This document shows positions 36,803 through 45,771 of a DNA stretch of 54,101 bases, one piece after another. How positions within the stretch are numbered: the stretch's first letter is position 1; each line of letters opens with the position of its first letter. This DNA comes from Betaproteobacteria bacterium. Its GTDB lineage: Bacteria; Pseudomonadota; Gammaproteobacteria; Burkholderiales; SG8-39. The translations under genes were made by a program, and so were the position numbers. The DNA lies in assembly GCA_016868105.1 (NCBI GenBank), contig VGIA01000003.1:1-54101 (forward strand), given 5' to 3'. The notes beneath the pieces were generated by a model. The model made no database searches and had not been told where the DNA came from. It was given only the letters and a program-made list of their open reading frames with translations.

Positions 36803-38980
36803 ATGGTGTCGGTGGTCCAACTTCACCCGCAGTCGGCCGCGGCGGCGCTGGACCCGCTTGCCGAGGGCCTCGCCGGCCCGGACCGCGCGTTGCTGGCGCG
36901 CGCACTGCAATTCGCCCAGCCGCTCTATGCCGGGCAGGCGCTGTCCACCGGCGAGCCGACGTGGCCGCATGCGCTCGGGCTGGGGGCGGGCCTCGCCGCC
37001 ATCGGCCTGGACCCGGCGGCGCGCGCCGCGGGCCTGCTGTTCGCCGCGCCGAAGCATTTGGGCGGGATCGACAAGCTGCAGCAAGCCTTCGGCGAGGAGA
37101 TCGCCTCGCTTGCCGCCGGCGTCGAGAAGCTCTACCGGCTGCGCACCGTCACCCGCGCCACCGCCGGGGAGCAGAACGAGATCCTGCGCAAGATGGTGCT
37201 GGGGATGGTGGAGGACATCCGCGTGGTGCTGATCCGGCTGGCCTCGCGCACCCAGACCCTGCGCTGGATGGCGAAGAACCCGGTGGCCGAGCGCGCCGCC
37301 TACGCGCGCGAGACGCTGGACATCTACTCGCCGCTGGCCAACCGGCTGGGCGTGTGGCAGCTGAAATGGGAACTGGAGGACCTGTCGTTCCGGTTCCTCG
37401 AGCCCGAGCTGTACAAGAGGATCGCGCAGATGCTGGATGAACGACGCACCGAGCGCGAGCACTACATCGCCGAGGCGATGGCGCTGCTGTCGCGCCAGCT
37501 CGCCGCAGCCGGCGTGCGCGCCGAGGTCGCGGGGCGGCCCAAGCACATCTACTCGATCTGGAACAAGATGCGCGCCAAGGGCCTCGATTTCTCCGAGGTC
37601 CATGACGTGCGCGCGCTGCGGGTGATCGTGCCCGACCTGAAGGATTGCTACACCGCGCTCGGCGTGGCGCACAACCTGTGGCGGCCGATCCCGAAGGAAT
37701 TCGACGACTACATCTCGCGCCCCAAGGGCAACCTGTACCAGTCGCTGCATACCGCGGTACTGGGGCCGGGCGGGCGCACGCTGGAAGTACAGATCCGCAC
37801 TGAGGAGATGCATCGGCACGCGGAGTTCGGCGTCGCCGCGCACTGGCGCTACAAGGAAGGCGGCGGCAAGCGCCGCATCGGCCGCGGCGAGGCCGCGTTC
37901 GACCAGAAGATCGCCTGGCTGCGCCAGCTGCTCGCCTGGCGCGACGAGGTCGCCGAGGGCGCGAGCTGGGCCGAGAGGACGCGCAAGGCGGCGCTGGACG
38001 ACACCCTCTACGTGCTGACGCCGCAAGGCAAGGTGCTGGACCTGCCCGCAGGCTCGACGCCGCTGGATTTCGCCTACGCGCTGCACACCGACCTCGGCCA
38101 CCGCTGCCGGGGCGCGAAGGTGGACGGCCACCTGGTGACGCTGGACACGCCGCTCGCCAGCGGCCAGCGGGTGGAGATCGTGGTCGCCAAGTCCGGCGGT
38201 CCTTCCCGCGACTGGCTCAACCCGGAGCTGGGGTTCCTGCGCAGCAGCCGCGCCAAGGGCAAGCTGCGGCAGTGGTTCAACGCGCAGGCTCTGGCCGAAA
38301 CCATTGCGCAGGGCCGCGCCATCATTGAGAAGCAACAGCGGCGCCAGAAGGCGCAGCAGGCAAGCCTGGAGGAGCTGGCGCGAAGGCTGGGCTTGGCGAA
38401 GCCCGACGCGCTGTTCGCCGCGGTTGCGCGCGACGAGGTCAACCTGCGCCAGCTGCAGAGCGCGCTGCGCGAGATGAAGGGTGCCGCGCCGGCGCCGGTA
38501 CCGGTCGCGGTGCCCCGCAAGGCGAAGGCCGCGGCCGAAGGCGGGGTGCTGGTGGTGGGCGTCGACCGGCTGATGACGCAGCTCGCGCGCTGCTGCAAGC
38601 CGGTGCCGCCCGACCCGGTGCGGGGCTTCGTCACGCGCGGCAAGGGCGTATCCATCCACCGCGAGGACTGCCCGAGTTTGCGGCGCCTCGGGGAGCGCGC
38701 TCCCGAGCGCCAGATCGAGGTCCAGTGGGGCAAGTCGAAGCCGGGCGGCGTCTACGCGGTGGACGTGCTGGTCACCGCCAGCGACCGGCGCGGTCTGTTG
38801 CGCGACATCGGCGAGGCGCTGGCACGCCAGACGATCAACGTCACCGCGGTGCGCACGCAGAGCCGGGACGACATCGCGTACATGCGCTTCAGCTTCGAGG
38901 TCGCCGATACCGCGCACCTGAAGCGCGCGCTGGCGACGGTGAAGCAGCTAAGCGGCATCATCCGTGTGGCGCGGGCATGA
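36803..38980 (+). CDS. relA: (p)ppGpp synthetase RelA
   Basis: Degenerate HD domain (AAGLLF), GRPKHIYSI, EFDDY, YQSLHT, TGS, ARCCKP and ACT domains; ATG at 36803. Confidence 0.93.
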   Translation: MVSVVQLHPQSAAAALDPLAEGLAGPDRALLARALQFAQPLYAGQALSTGEPTWPHALGLGAGLAAIGLDPAARAAGLLFAAPKHLGGIDKLQQAFGEEIASLAAGVEKLYRLRTVTRATAGEQNEILRKMVLGMVEDIRVVLIRLASRTQTLRWMAKNPVAERAAYARETLDIYSPLANRLGVWQLKWELEDLSFRFLEPELYKRIAQMLDERRTEREHYIAEAMALLSRQLAAAGVRAEVAGRPKHIYSIWNKMRAKGLDFSEVHDVRALRVIVPDLKDCYTALGVAHNLWRPIPKEFDDYISRPKGNLYQSLHTAVLGPGGRTLEVQIRTEEMHRHAEFGVAAHWRYKEGGGKRRIGRGEAAFDQKIAWLRQLLAWRDEVAEGASWAERTRKAALDDTLYVLTPQGKVLDLPAGSTPLDFAYALHTDLGHRCRGAKVDGHLVTLDTPLASGQRVEIVVAKSGGPSRDWLNPELGFLRSSRAKGKLRQWFNAQALAETIAQGRAIIEKQQRRQKAQQASLEELARRLGLAKPDALFAAVARDEVNLRQLQSALREMKGAAPAPVPVAVPRKAKAAAEGGVLVVGVDRLMTQLARCCKPVPPDPVRGFVTRGKGVSIHREDCPSLRRLGERAPERQIEVQWGKSKPGGVYAVDVLVTASDRRGLLRDIGEALARQTINVTAVRTQSRDDIAYMRFSFEVADTAHLKRALATVKQLSGIIRVARA

Positions 38981-39054
38981 AACCTCGCGCATCGGTCGCG
39001 CGGGAGCAGCTGGCGGGGGCGGCTGGATTTGCGGTAAAATCCGGCCCCTTCAGC

Positions 39055-39131
39055 AGGCGCGTAGCTCAGCTGGTTAGAGCACTACCTTGACATGGTAGGG
39101 GTCGTTGGTTCGAGTCCAATCGCGCCTACCA
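39055..39131 (+). tRNA. tRNA-Val(GAC)
   Basis: 77-nt cloverleaf, anticodon arm CTACC-TTGACAT-GGTAG, GTTCGA T-loop, encoded CCA; TAAAAT -10 upstream. Confidence 0.97.
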
Positions 39132-39149
39132 ATATTCAAAGACTTATCG

Positions 39150-40148
39150 ATGATGCGCTGCCTGGTTCTGGTCCTGCTACTGCTGCAGCCCATGCAGTGG
39201 GCGTCTGCCCGTGAGCACGACTTCAACTCGGTCCTGTCCGAATCCCTGCACGAGTTCCCGGAGGAGTTGCGCGATGCGGCGAAGGCGGGCAAGCGCGTGG
39301 TGGTGTACTTCGAGCAGGACAACTGCCCCATCTGCCGCCGCATGGTGCAGACCAACTTCAGCCAGAAAGACATCGTCGATGCCCTGAAGCGCGACTTCGT
39401 CGTCATTCCTGTGGACGTGTGGGGCGCGCGCGATACGACCTGGGTGGACGGCAAATCGCGCCCCGAGAAGGTGCTGGCCGCGCACCTCGGGGTGCGCTTC
39501 ACCCCGGTGCTGTTCTTCCTCGACGAGCGCGGCGGCCTGGTGCTGCGCGCAAATGGCTACATGCCGCCGCACGAGTTCCGCGCCGCGCTGGCGTTCGTCG
39601 CCGGGCGCATGGAAAAGAACACCAGCTTCGCCGAGTATGCCGCCGCGCAGCCGCACCCGGTGGCCGCGAAAACCCTCGCCATGCAGCCGTTCTTCGACGC
39701 CGCCGCGGACACCCGCCCGCGCGGAAAGCCTACCGCCATCCTGTTCGAGACCCCCGAGTGCATCGAGTGCGATCGAATGCACCAGGAAGGGTTTAGCGAT
39801 GCCGACGTGATGAAGCAGGTGCCGGGCCTGCGCTGGGTGCGCCTCGCGCTGCACGGAACCGAGTTGGTGACGGCGCCCGATGGCAGCGCCACCACCGCCG
39901 CGGCGCTGGCCGGGCGCATGCGGGTGACCACTTCGCCGAGCCTGGTGTTTGTCGAGGCCGGCGGCCAGGAAGCGTTCCGGCTCGAGGGCTACCCCCGCGC
40001 CTGGCACTTCGCCTCCGCGCTGGAATATGTCGCCAGCGGCGAATGGCGCAGCGAGCCGCAGTTCATGAAATACCTGCAGATGCGGGCCGACCGCCACCGC
40101 GCCGAAGGCCGCGACGTGCGTCCCTTCGGCCTTGCCCCGCCTCGTTAA
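39150..40148 (+). CDS. Exported two-domain thioredoxin-fold protein (SoxW-like)
   Basis: Signal peptide; two CxxC motifs (CPIC, CIEC), each with a downstream cis-Pro-like motif (FTP, TSP). Confidence 0.82.
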   Translation: MMRCLVLVLLLLQPMQWASAREHDFNSVLSESLHEFPEELRDAAKAGKRVVVYFEQDNCPICRRMVQTNFSQKDIVDALKRDFVVIPVDVWGARDTTWVDGKSRPEKVLAAHLGVRFTPVLFFLDERGGLVLRANGYMPPHEFRAALAFVAGRMEKNTSFAEYAAAQPHPVAAKTLAMQPFFDAAADTRPRGKPTAILFETPECIECDRMHQEGFSDADVMKQVPGLRWVRLALHGTELVTAPDGSATTAAALAGRMRVTTSPSLVFVEAGGQEAFRLEGYPRAWHFASALEYVASGEWRSEPQFMKYLQMRADRHRAEGRDVRPFGLAPPR

Positions 40149-40178
40149 CCGCACGGCTCAATACCTGGGGGGGCTTGC

Positions 40179-41210
40179 ATGAAAGTGTCGGTCGGTTCAT
40201 GGTCGGTTGGTTCATGTCTTCTTCCCGCCTTGCTCTGGGGCCTGTGCCTGAGCGCCCTTGCCCAAACCGACTGCCGCCCGCCGCCCCCTGACGTGGCGCG
40301 TCTGGTCGAGATCCGGCCGGGATTTCATCGGGTGGCCGGACCGCTGGCCGAGTTTGACCCTTGTCATCGTTCGGTACAGCTGTCGATGCCGCGTTTTTTT
40401 GCCGACCAGCTCGGTGACAAGCCGCCCTTGATGATCATTGCCCACGGCGGCAATGGGCCGGGCTCTGCCGAGCAGGAGATGGTGCGTCGCATGAATGCGC
40501 AGGGCGTGGCCACCCTGCTCTTTGACGCCTACGAGTTGAACGGCTTTCGCTACCGCGGTACCTCGCTGTTCCTGACCGGGACCACCAACGAATCGCGCCA
40601 GCGCATGATTTTCAAGGCGACCTTGGGCGCCTACCGCTGGGCCCTGGCGCATCCGCGCATCGACCACTCGCGCCTGTTCATCCATGGCTTGTCCAACGGC
40701 GGAACGGTGGCCTTGAACATGGCGGCGGTGGTCGATCCGGCGCATGTACGCATGGTTTTTGCCGAGGGCGCACCCTCGGCCGGTATAGGCATGCCCGACC
40801 AGATTCGGGTGCCGCTGAGGTTGGTTTTTGGCAAGATCGACAACTACGGCGGCCGCAGGGCAGACGACTGGATGCACCTGCGCACCGATCCGTGTGCGGT
40901 CAATCGGCCCGCTGACGAGGCTGCGCCAGGCACTACGCAGCGCTGCAGTCATCGCAACAACCCCGACGCGCAGGGCTTGTCGCCGCAGCAATGGGGCGAG
41001 CAGCTCAAGGCCGACGGTCAGCCGCTGGATTTTTGGTTTTACGACGATGCCGCGCACGGCTTGCTGAGCGGCCCCATCGATCGCGGTATGCGCAGCTACG
41101 GCTCTGGCCCGAGCGCCGATCGGCGCTACGCTTGGATAGGCGCCAGCGCCGATGCGGCCAACCGCTTTGCGGCCGATTTGATCAAGGCGATCAAGGCCAC
41201 TTACCCCTGA
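40179..41210 (+). CDS. Exported dienelactone-hydrolase-like alpha/beta hydrolase
   Basis: Signal-like N-terminus; HGGNG, nucleophile elbow HGLSNGG, GKIDN, AAHG; more T-ending codons than flanking genes. Confidence 0.75.
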   Translation: MKVSVGSWSVGSCLLPALLWGLCLSALAQTDCRPPPPDVARLVEIRPGFHRVAGPLAEFDPCHRSVQLSMPRFFADQLGDKPPLMIIAHGGNGPGSAEQEMVRRMNAQGVATLLFDAYELNGFRYRGTSLFLTGTTNESRQRMIFKATLGAYRWALAHPRIDHSRLFIHGLSNGGTVALNMAAVVDPAHVRMVFAEGAPSAGIGMPDQIRVPLRLVFGKIDNYGGRRADDWMHLRTDPCAVNRPADEAAPGTTQRCSHRNNPDAQGLSPQQWGEQLKADGQPLDFWFYDDAAHGLLSGPIDRGMRSYGSGPSADRRYAWIGASADAANRFAADLIKAIKATYP

Positions 41211-41282
41211 TCGAAAGAGCCGTCTTCGCGGCGTGCGCCGGTGGGGGCGCGCAGGGCGCCCACACCCGAGAGCAGGCTTGTG

Positions 41283-42035
41283 CTACCCCGCCGTATACCC
41301 CCCGTCCACCGGCAACGCTACGCCGGTGACGAACGCGGCTTCATCGCTCGCTAAATACAGAATCGCCGCCGCGATCTCCTCAGGCTGGCCGAAGCGGCCG
41401 AGCGGATAGCGCTTGAGCACCGCTTGCGCCCAAGCGGGATCGTCGCGTAATCCCGCGGTCATGGGCGTTTCGATGACGCCCGGACACACGCAGTTCACTC
41501 GGACCTTGGGCGCCCATTCAAGCGCCATCTGGCGCGTCAAGTTCACGATCGCGCCCTTCGACGCGGCGTAGGATGCGCCGGTCGCGCCGCCCACCAAGCC
41601 GAAGATCGAGGCCAGGTTGGTGATCGAGCCGGCGCCGCCCTCCAGCAACGCCGGCAGCGCGGCGCGCGAAGCGAGGTAGGTGCCGGTCAGGTTAATGTCG
41701 ATCACGCGCTGCCACTCGGCGAAAGTCGGCCTCGGGCCCGGACGCGCCGGTCGCACTCCAGCGGAATTGACCAACGTCGTGAGTTTGCCCAAGCGCGCGA
41801 GAGTCTCCTTCACCATCTGCGCGCAGGCGCTTTCGTCAGTGACATCCCCCGTGAGCGCGAGCGCAGCGCCGCCAGCCACGGCGATCGCTTGCGCCGTTTG
41901 CGCCGCGGCTTCGTCAACAGCGTCCAGGCAAGCGACGCGCGCGCCCTCGGCGGCGAAGCGCAGCGCGGTTGCGCGGCCGAGTCCGGAACCTGCGCCCGTT
42001 ATCAGGGCAACCTTGTCTTTCATTCGCATCGACAT
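41283..42035 (-). CDS. Short-chain dehydrogenase/reductase
   Basis: TGAGSGLG, VNSAG, YAASK, PLGRFGQPEE, VDGG. Confidence 0.92.
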   Translation of the reverse strand: MSMRMKDKVALITGAGSGLGRATALRFAAEGARVACLDAVDEAAAQTAQAIAVAGGAALALTGDVTDESACAQMVKETLARLGKLTTLVNSAGVRPARPGPRPTFAEWQRVIDINLTGTYLASRAALPALLEGGAGSITNLASIFGLVGGATGASYAASKGAIVNLTRQMALEWAPKVRVNCVCPGVIETPMTAGLRDDPAWAQAVLKRYPLGRFGQPEEIAAAILYLASDEAAFVTGVALPVDGGYTAG

Positions 42036-42088
42036 AGCGCTGATGGTATCGCGCCTGGAGCCGCCGATGAGGTCACGGGTTGCCCGCC

Positions 42089-42188
42089 TTCGACGGGGCC
42101 GTTCTCGAATGCGGCGTAATGGCGCACCGCTTCCTGCGCCTGCGCTGCGCCGGCTGCGCGCACGAGAGGCGGGTGGCGCTTTCCTGCA
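42089..42188 (+). mobile_element. IS91/ISCR-like transposase zinc-binding domain fragment
   Basis: [33 protein letters not shown] resembles the LECGILAHGFLRLRC..C.HE.LVAFSCK motif. Confidence 0.72.
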
Positions 42189-42209
42189 GCCCCCCGTCGT
42201 TCAGCCACA

Positions 42210-42378
42210 GCCGGCCCCGTCGCGCTTCAGGCGCCGGTTCTCCCGCTCCAGATCCTGCAGCCGCGGGGCCTGAGCCGTGATGCCGGCGCGCCTTCTAAGC
42301 CAGGCGGATCGATCTGCCCTCGCCCACCAGCACCTCAATCTGCCGCAGCTTCGCCACCGCCCGCTCCGGGCTATACTG
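42210..42378 (-). mobile_element. IS3-family OrfA remnant
   Basis: [27 protein letters not shown] then, after a frameshift, [22 protein letters not shown]; the YYRWR..YGG core is deleted. Confidence 0.72.
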
Positions 42379-42459
42379 CTCAATCGCGATCGATAGAGCG
42401 CCTCTTCCAAGTTGATAAATACAGCATTCAACCCGGCACAGAAAGAGCCAGTCAGGTCA

Positions 42460-42502
42460 ACATGGTAGGGGTCGTTGGTTCGGGTCCGATCGCGCCCACC
42501 AA
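42460..42502 (+). repeat. Duplicated 3' half of tRNA-Val (att site)
   Basis: ACATGGTAGGGGTCGTTGGTTCGGGTCCGATCGCGCCCACCAA versus the tRNA copy ...TTCGAGTCCAATCGCGCCTACCAA. Confidence 0.93.
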
Positions 42503-42518
42503 CTCTGCGGCCTCCCCG

Positions 42519-44417
42519 TTGAACATCAAACTGCCGGACGGCACGGTGAAGGGCTTTCCGGGCCCGGTCACCGTCGCCGAGGTGGCCCAGTCGATCGGCC
42601 CGGGCCTGGCGAAGGCCGCGCTCGCCGGCAAGGTGAACGGCCGGCTGGTGGACACCGGCTTTCGCATCGAGGGCGACGCCGAGCTGGCCGTGGTCACGCC
42701 CAAGAGCCCCGAGGGCCTCGACATCCTGCGCCATTCCACCTCGCACCTCATGGCGCAGGCGGTGCAGGAACTGTTCCCCGGCGCGCAGGTCACCATCGGC
42801 CCGGTGATCGAGAACGGCTTTTACTACGATTTCGCCTACAAGCGCCCGTTCACCCCCGAGGACCTCGCCGCCATCGAGAGGAGGATGGCCGAGATCGTGA
42901 AGCGCGACCTGCCGGTGCAGCGCAAGGAAATGCCGCGCGACGAGGCGGTCGAATTCTTCAGGTCCATCGGCGAGGCGTACAAGGCCGAGATCGTCGCCTC
43001 GATCCCCTCCCATGAGCCGATCTCGCTCTACGGCCAGGGCAACTGGATCGACCTGTGCCGGGGCCCGCACGTGCCCTCCACCGGCAAGCTGAAGGTGTTC
43101 AAGCTGATGCGCGTCGCGGGCGCCTACTGGCGCGGCGACTCCAACAACGAGATGCTCCAGCGCATCTACGGCACCGCCTGGGCGACCAAGGAGGAGCAGG
43201 ACGCCTACCTGAAGATGCTGCAGGAGGCCGAGCGGCGCGACCACCGGCGCCTGGGCCAGAGCCTGGACCTGTTCCACATCGAGGACGAGGCCCCCGGGAT
43301 GGCGTTCTGGCATCCCAAGGGCTGGACCCTGTGGCAGCAGGTGGAGCAGTACATGCGCCGGGTCTACCGGGAGAACGGCTACCAGGAGGTGCGCGGGCCC
43401 ACGGTGCTGCCGCGCGGCCTGTGGGAGAGCACCGGGCACTGGGAGAACTACCGCGAGAACATGTTCGTCACCGAGTCGGAGAAGCGCGACTACGCGTTGA
43501 AGCCGATGAACTGCCCGGGCCACATCCTGATCTACAACAAGGGCGTGAAGAGCTACCGCGACCTGCCGCTGCGTTTCGGCGAGTTCGGCTCCTGCCACCG
43601 CAACGAGCCCTCGGGCGCGCTGCACGGGCTGATGCGGGCGCGCGGCTTCACTCAGGACGACGGCCACATCTTCTGCACCGAGGAGCAGATCCTGCCCGAA
43701 TGCGTGGCCTATACCGCGCTGCTGCAGAAGGTCTACGCCCACTTCGGCTTCAGCGATATTATCTACAAGATCGCCACCCGCCCCGAGAAGCGCATCGGCT
43801 CGGACGAGGCCTGGGAGAAGTCCGAGCAGGCGTTGATCGAATCGCTGCGGCGATCGGGGGTCGCGTTCGAGATCTCGCCCGGGGAGGGCGCCTTCTACGG
43901 CCCCAAGATCGAGTATTCGCTCAAGGACGCCATCGGCCGGGTCTGGCAGTGCGGCACCATGCAGGTGGACTTCAACCTGACCGCCCGCCTGGGGGCCCAG
44001 TACGTGGCGGCCGACAACACGCGCAAGACCCCGGTCATGTTGCACCGGGCGACGATTGGCTCCATGGAGCGGTTCCTGGGCATCCTGATCGAGCATTTCG
44101 GCGGCGCCTTTCCGCTCTGGCTGGCCCCGGAGCAGGTAGTGGTGCTGAACGTATCCGAGCACCAGGCCGAGTACGCCGAATGTGTGGCAAAAGCGCTACG
44201 CCAGGCCGGTTTCCGGGCTGTGGCGGATTTGCGAAACGAGAAGATTTCCTATAAAATTCGCGAACATAGCCTGCAGAAGCTGCCCTACCAGGTAGTGGTC
44301 GGCGACAAGGAAAAGCAGGCCGGAAGCGTGGCCGTGCGTACGCGCAGCGGTGAGGATCTCGGGGCCATGGCCCTGGGAGACTTCATCCGGCGCCTCGAGA
44401 CAGAGGCGGGCGCGTAG
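42519..44417 (+). CDS. thrS: Threonine--tRNA ligase
   Basis: [45 protein letters not shown]; TTG start at 42519 inferred from the homologous N-terminus. Confidence 0.97.
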   Translation: MNIKLPDGTVKGFPGPVTVAEVAQSIGPGLAKAALAGKVNGRLVDTGFRIEGDAELAVVTPKSPEGLDILRHSTSHLMAQAVQELFPGAQVTIGPVIENGFYYDFAYKRPFTPEDLAAIERRMAEIVKRDLPVQRKEMPRDEAVEFFRSIGEAYKAEIVASIPSHEPISLYGQGNWIDLCRGPHVPSTGKLKVFKLMRVAGAYWRGDSNNEMLQRIYGTAWATKEEQDAYLKMLQEAERRDHRRLGQSLDLFHIEDEAPGMAFWHPKGWTLWQQVEQYMRRVYRENGYQEVRGPTVLPRGLWESTGHWENYRENMFVTESEKRDYALKPMNCPGHILIYNKGVKSYRDLPLRFGEFGSCHRNEPSGALHGLMRARGFTQDDGHIFCTEEQILPECVAYTALLQKVYAHFGFSDIIYKIATRPEKRIGSDEAWEKSEQALIESLRRSGVAFEISPGEGAFYGPKIEYSLKDAIGRVWQCGTMQVDFNLTARLGAQYVAADNTRKTPVMLHRATIGSMERFLGILIEHFGGAFPLWLAPEQVVVLNVSEHQAEYAECVAKALRQAGFRAVADLRNEKISYKIREHSLQKLPYQVVVGDKEKQAGSVAVRTRSGEDLGAMALGDFIRRLETEAGA

Positions 44418-44461
44418 GGGCACGGCCGCATTTTTTTGACCCGAAGAAGGAGCTATCACCC

Positions 44462-45064
44462 ATCGCACTCGAGAGATCGCAACGCATCAACGGGGAGATC
44501 ACCGCGCCGCAGGTGCGGCTGGTCGCCGACGAAGGTGAGCAGCTGGGCATCGTGGCCATCGCCGACGCGCTGAGGCTGGCCGAAGAGCGCAACGTGGACC
44601 TGGTGGAAATCGCGCCCTTGGCGGTGCCGCCGGTCTGCAAGCTGATGGACTATGGCAAGTTCCGCTACCGGGAGCAGAAGAAGGCGCACGAGGCCAAGCT
44701 CAAGCAAAAGCAGATCCAGGTCAAGGAAATCAAGTTCCGGCCCGGCACCGACGACGGCGACTACAAGATCAAGGTCGGCAAGCTGATCGCGTTTCTCGAG
44801 GAGGGCGACAAGGCCAAGGTGACCCTGCGCTTCAGGGGTCGCGAGATGGCGCACCAGGAATTCGGCCTGCGCCTGCTGGAGCGGGTGAAGGCGGACCTGG
44901 AGGGCGTGGCGCTCGTCGAGCAGTTCCCGAAGCTCGAGGGGCGGCAGATGGTGATGGTGCTGGCGCCCAGGAAGAAGGTGCTGGTGGTTTCCCGGGGCAG
45001 CAAGCCGAAGAAGAAGGCTGCAGCAGCGGCGCAGGCGCCGGCGGCGAAGCCCGCGGCAGCCTAG
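44462..45064 (+). CDS. infC: Translation initiation factor IF-3 with non-canonical ATC start
   Basis: AAGGAG SD then ATC GCA CTC GAG...[13 protein letters not shown] in frame with ORF 44513; [15 protein letters not shown]. Confidence 0.93.
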   Translation: MALERSQRINGEITAPQVRLVADEGEQLGIVAIADALRLAEERNVDLVEIAPLAVPPVCKLMDYGKFRYREQKKAHEAKLKQKQIQVKEIKFRPGTDDGDYKIKVGKLIAFLEEGDKAKVTLRFRGREMAHQEFGLRLLERVKADLEGVALVEQFPKLEGRQMVMVLAPRKKVLVVSRGSKPKKKAAAAAQAPAAKPAAA

Positions 45065-45178
45065 GGCGGGGCAAGTACAAGGCCCGCGAGAGGCCTGCCC
45101 AAGTGATGTCCGAGGCATCAAGCGCCGGCGAAGCTGGCCGCCCGGGGTCAGTCCAAAACCAGAGCAAGGAGCAGTTTC

Positions 45179-45379
45179 ATGCCGAAGATGAAGTCCAAGA
45201 AGTCGGCCTCCAAGCGCTTCAAGGTCCGCCCCGGCGGCACCATCAGGCGCTCCAAGGCCTTCATGCGCCACATCCTCACCAAGAAGTCGACCAAGACCAA
45301 GAGGAAGCTGCGCGGCACGGCCAAGGTGCACGATTCCAACCTGCGCGCGGTGCGCGCCATGCTGCCGTACTCGAGCTGA
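45179..45379 (+). CDS. rpmI: 50S ribosomal protein L35
   Basis: [14 protein letters not shown]...RHILTKK. Confidence 0.97.
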   Translation: MPKMKSKKSASKRFKVRPGGTIRRSKAFMRHILTKKSTKTKRKLRGTAKVHDSNLRAVRAMLPYSS

Positions 45380-45389
45380 GGAGCGCGCC

Positions 45390-45749
45390 ATGCCGAGAGT
45401 CAAGCGTGGAGTAACGGCGCGGGCGCGCCACCAGAAGGTCCTCGCCAAGGCCAAGGGCTTCCGCGGCCGCCGGGGCAGCGTCTACCGCGTCGCCAAGGAA
45501 GCGGTGATGAAGGCGGGGCAGTACGCTTACCGCGACCGCCGCAACAGGAAGCGCGACTTCCGGGCCCTGTGGATCGCCCGCATCAACGCCGCGGTGCGCG
45601 AGCTGGGCCTGACCTACAGTGCGTTCATGGCCGGGTTGAAGAGGGCGAACATCGAGATCGACCGCAAGGTGCTGGCGGACCTGGCGGTGCTCGACAAGCC
45701 CGCGTTCGCGCGCATCGCGAACCAGGTCAAGGCCAGCACCACCCACTGA
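45390..45749 (+). CDS. rplT: 50S ribosomal protein L20
   Basis: MPRVKRGV...YAYRDRR...[12 protein letters not shown]. Confidence 0.97.
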   Translation: MPRVKRGVTARARHQKVLAKAKGFRGRRGSVYRVAKEAVMKAGQYAYRDRRNRKRDFRALWIARINAAVRELGLTYSAFMAGLKRANIEIDRKVLADLAVLDKPAFARIANQVKASTTH

Positions 45750-45771
45750 GTCGGTCCCCAGGGTTGCGGGG

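Larger units (their letters stand above)
39090..42502. mobile_element. Decayed integrative islet in tRNA-Val, bounded by 43-bp att direct repeats
   Basis: 39090-39132 is repeated at 42460-42502 with 3 mismatches; interrupts tRNA-Val-thrS adjacency; contains IS remnants but no integrase. Confidence 0.88.

Noticed and set aside
36803-37300. Missing HD motif in the RelA/SpoT protein as a defect
   Set aside because: A hydrolase-dead N-terminus with an EXDD synthetase motif is normal for RelA
39105-39149. N-terminal extension of the thioredoxin ORF
   Set aside because: Runs through the tRNA gene; the signal peptide begins at ATG 39150
15016-42300. Amber (TAG) recoding: bktB, DUF427, glycine-zipper and IS3 remnants are all interrupted by TAG
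   Set aside because: Intact genes (denD, pgeF, phaB, thrS, infC, puuE) end in TAG at the expected positions, the broken genes carry additional deletions or frameshifts, and no suppressor tRNA is present; ordinary nonsense mutation explains it
42460-42502. Second tRNA-Val gene
   Set aside because: Only the 3' half is present; acceptor 5' strand, D arm and full anticodon are absent, so it is an att duplicate
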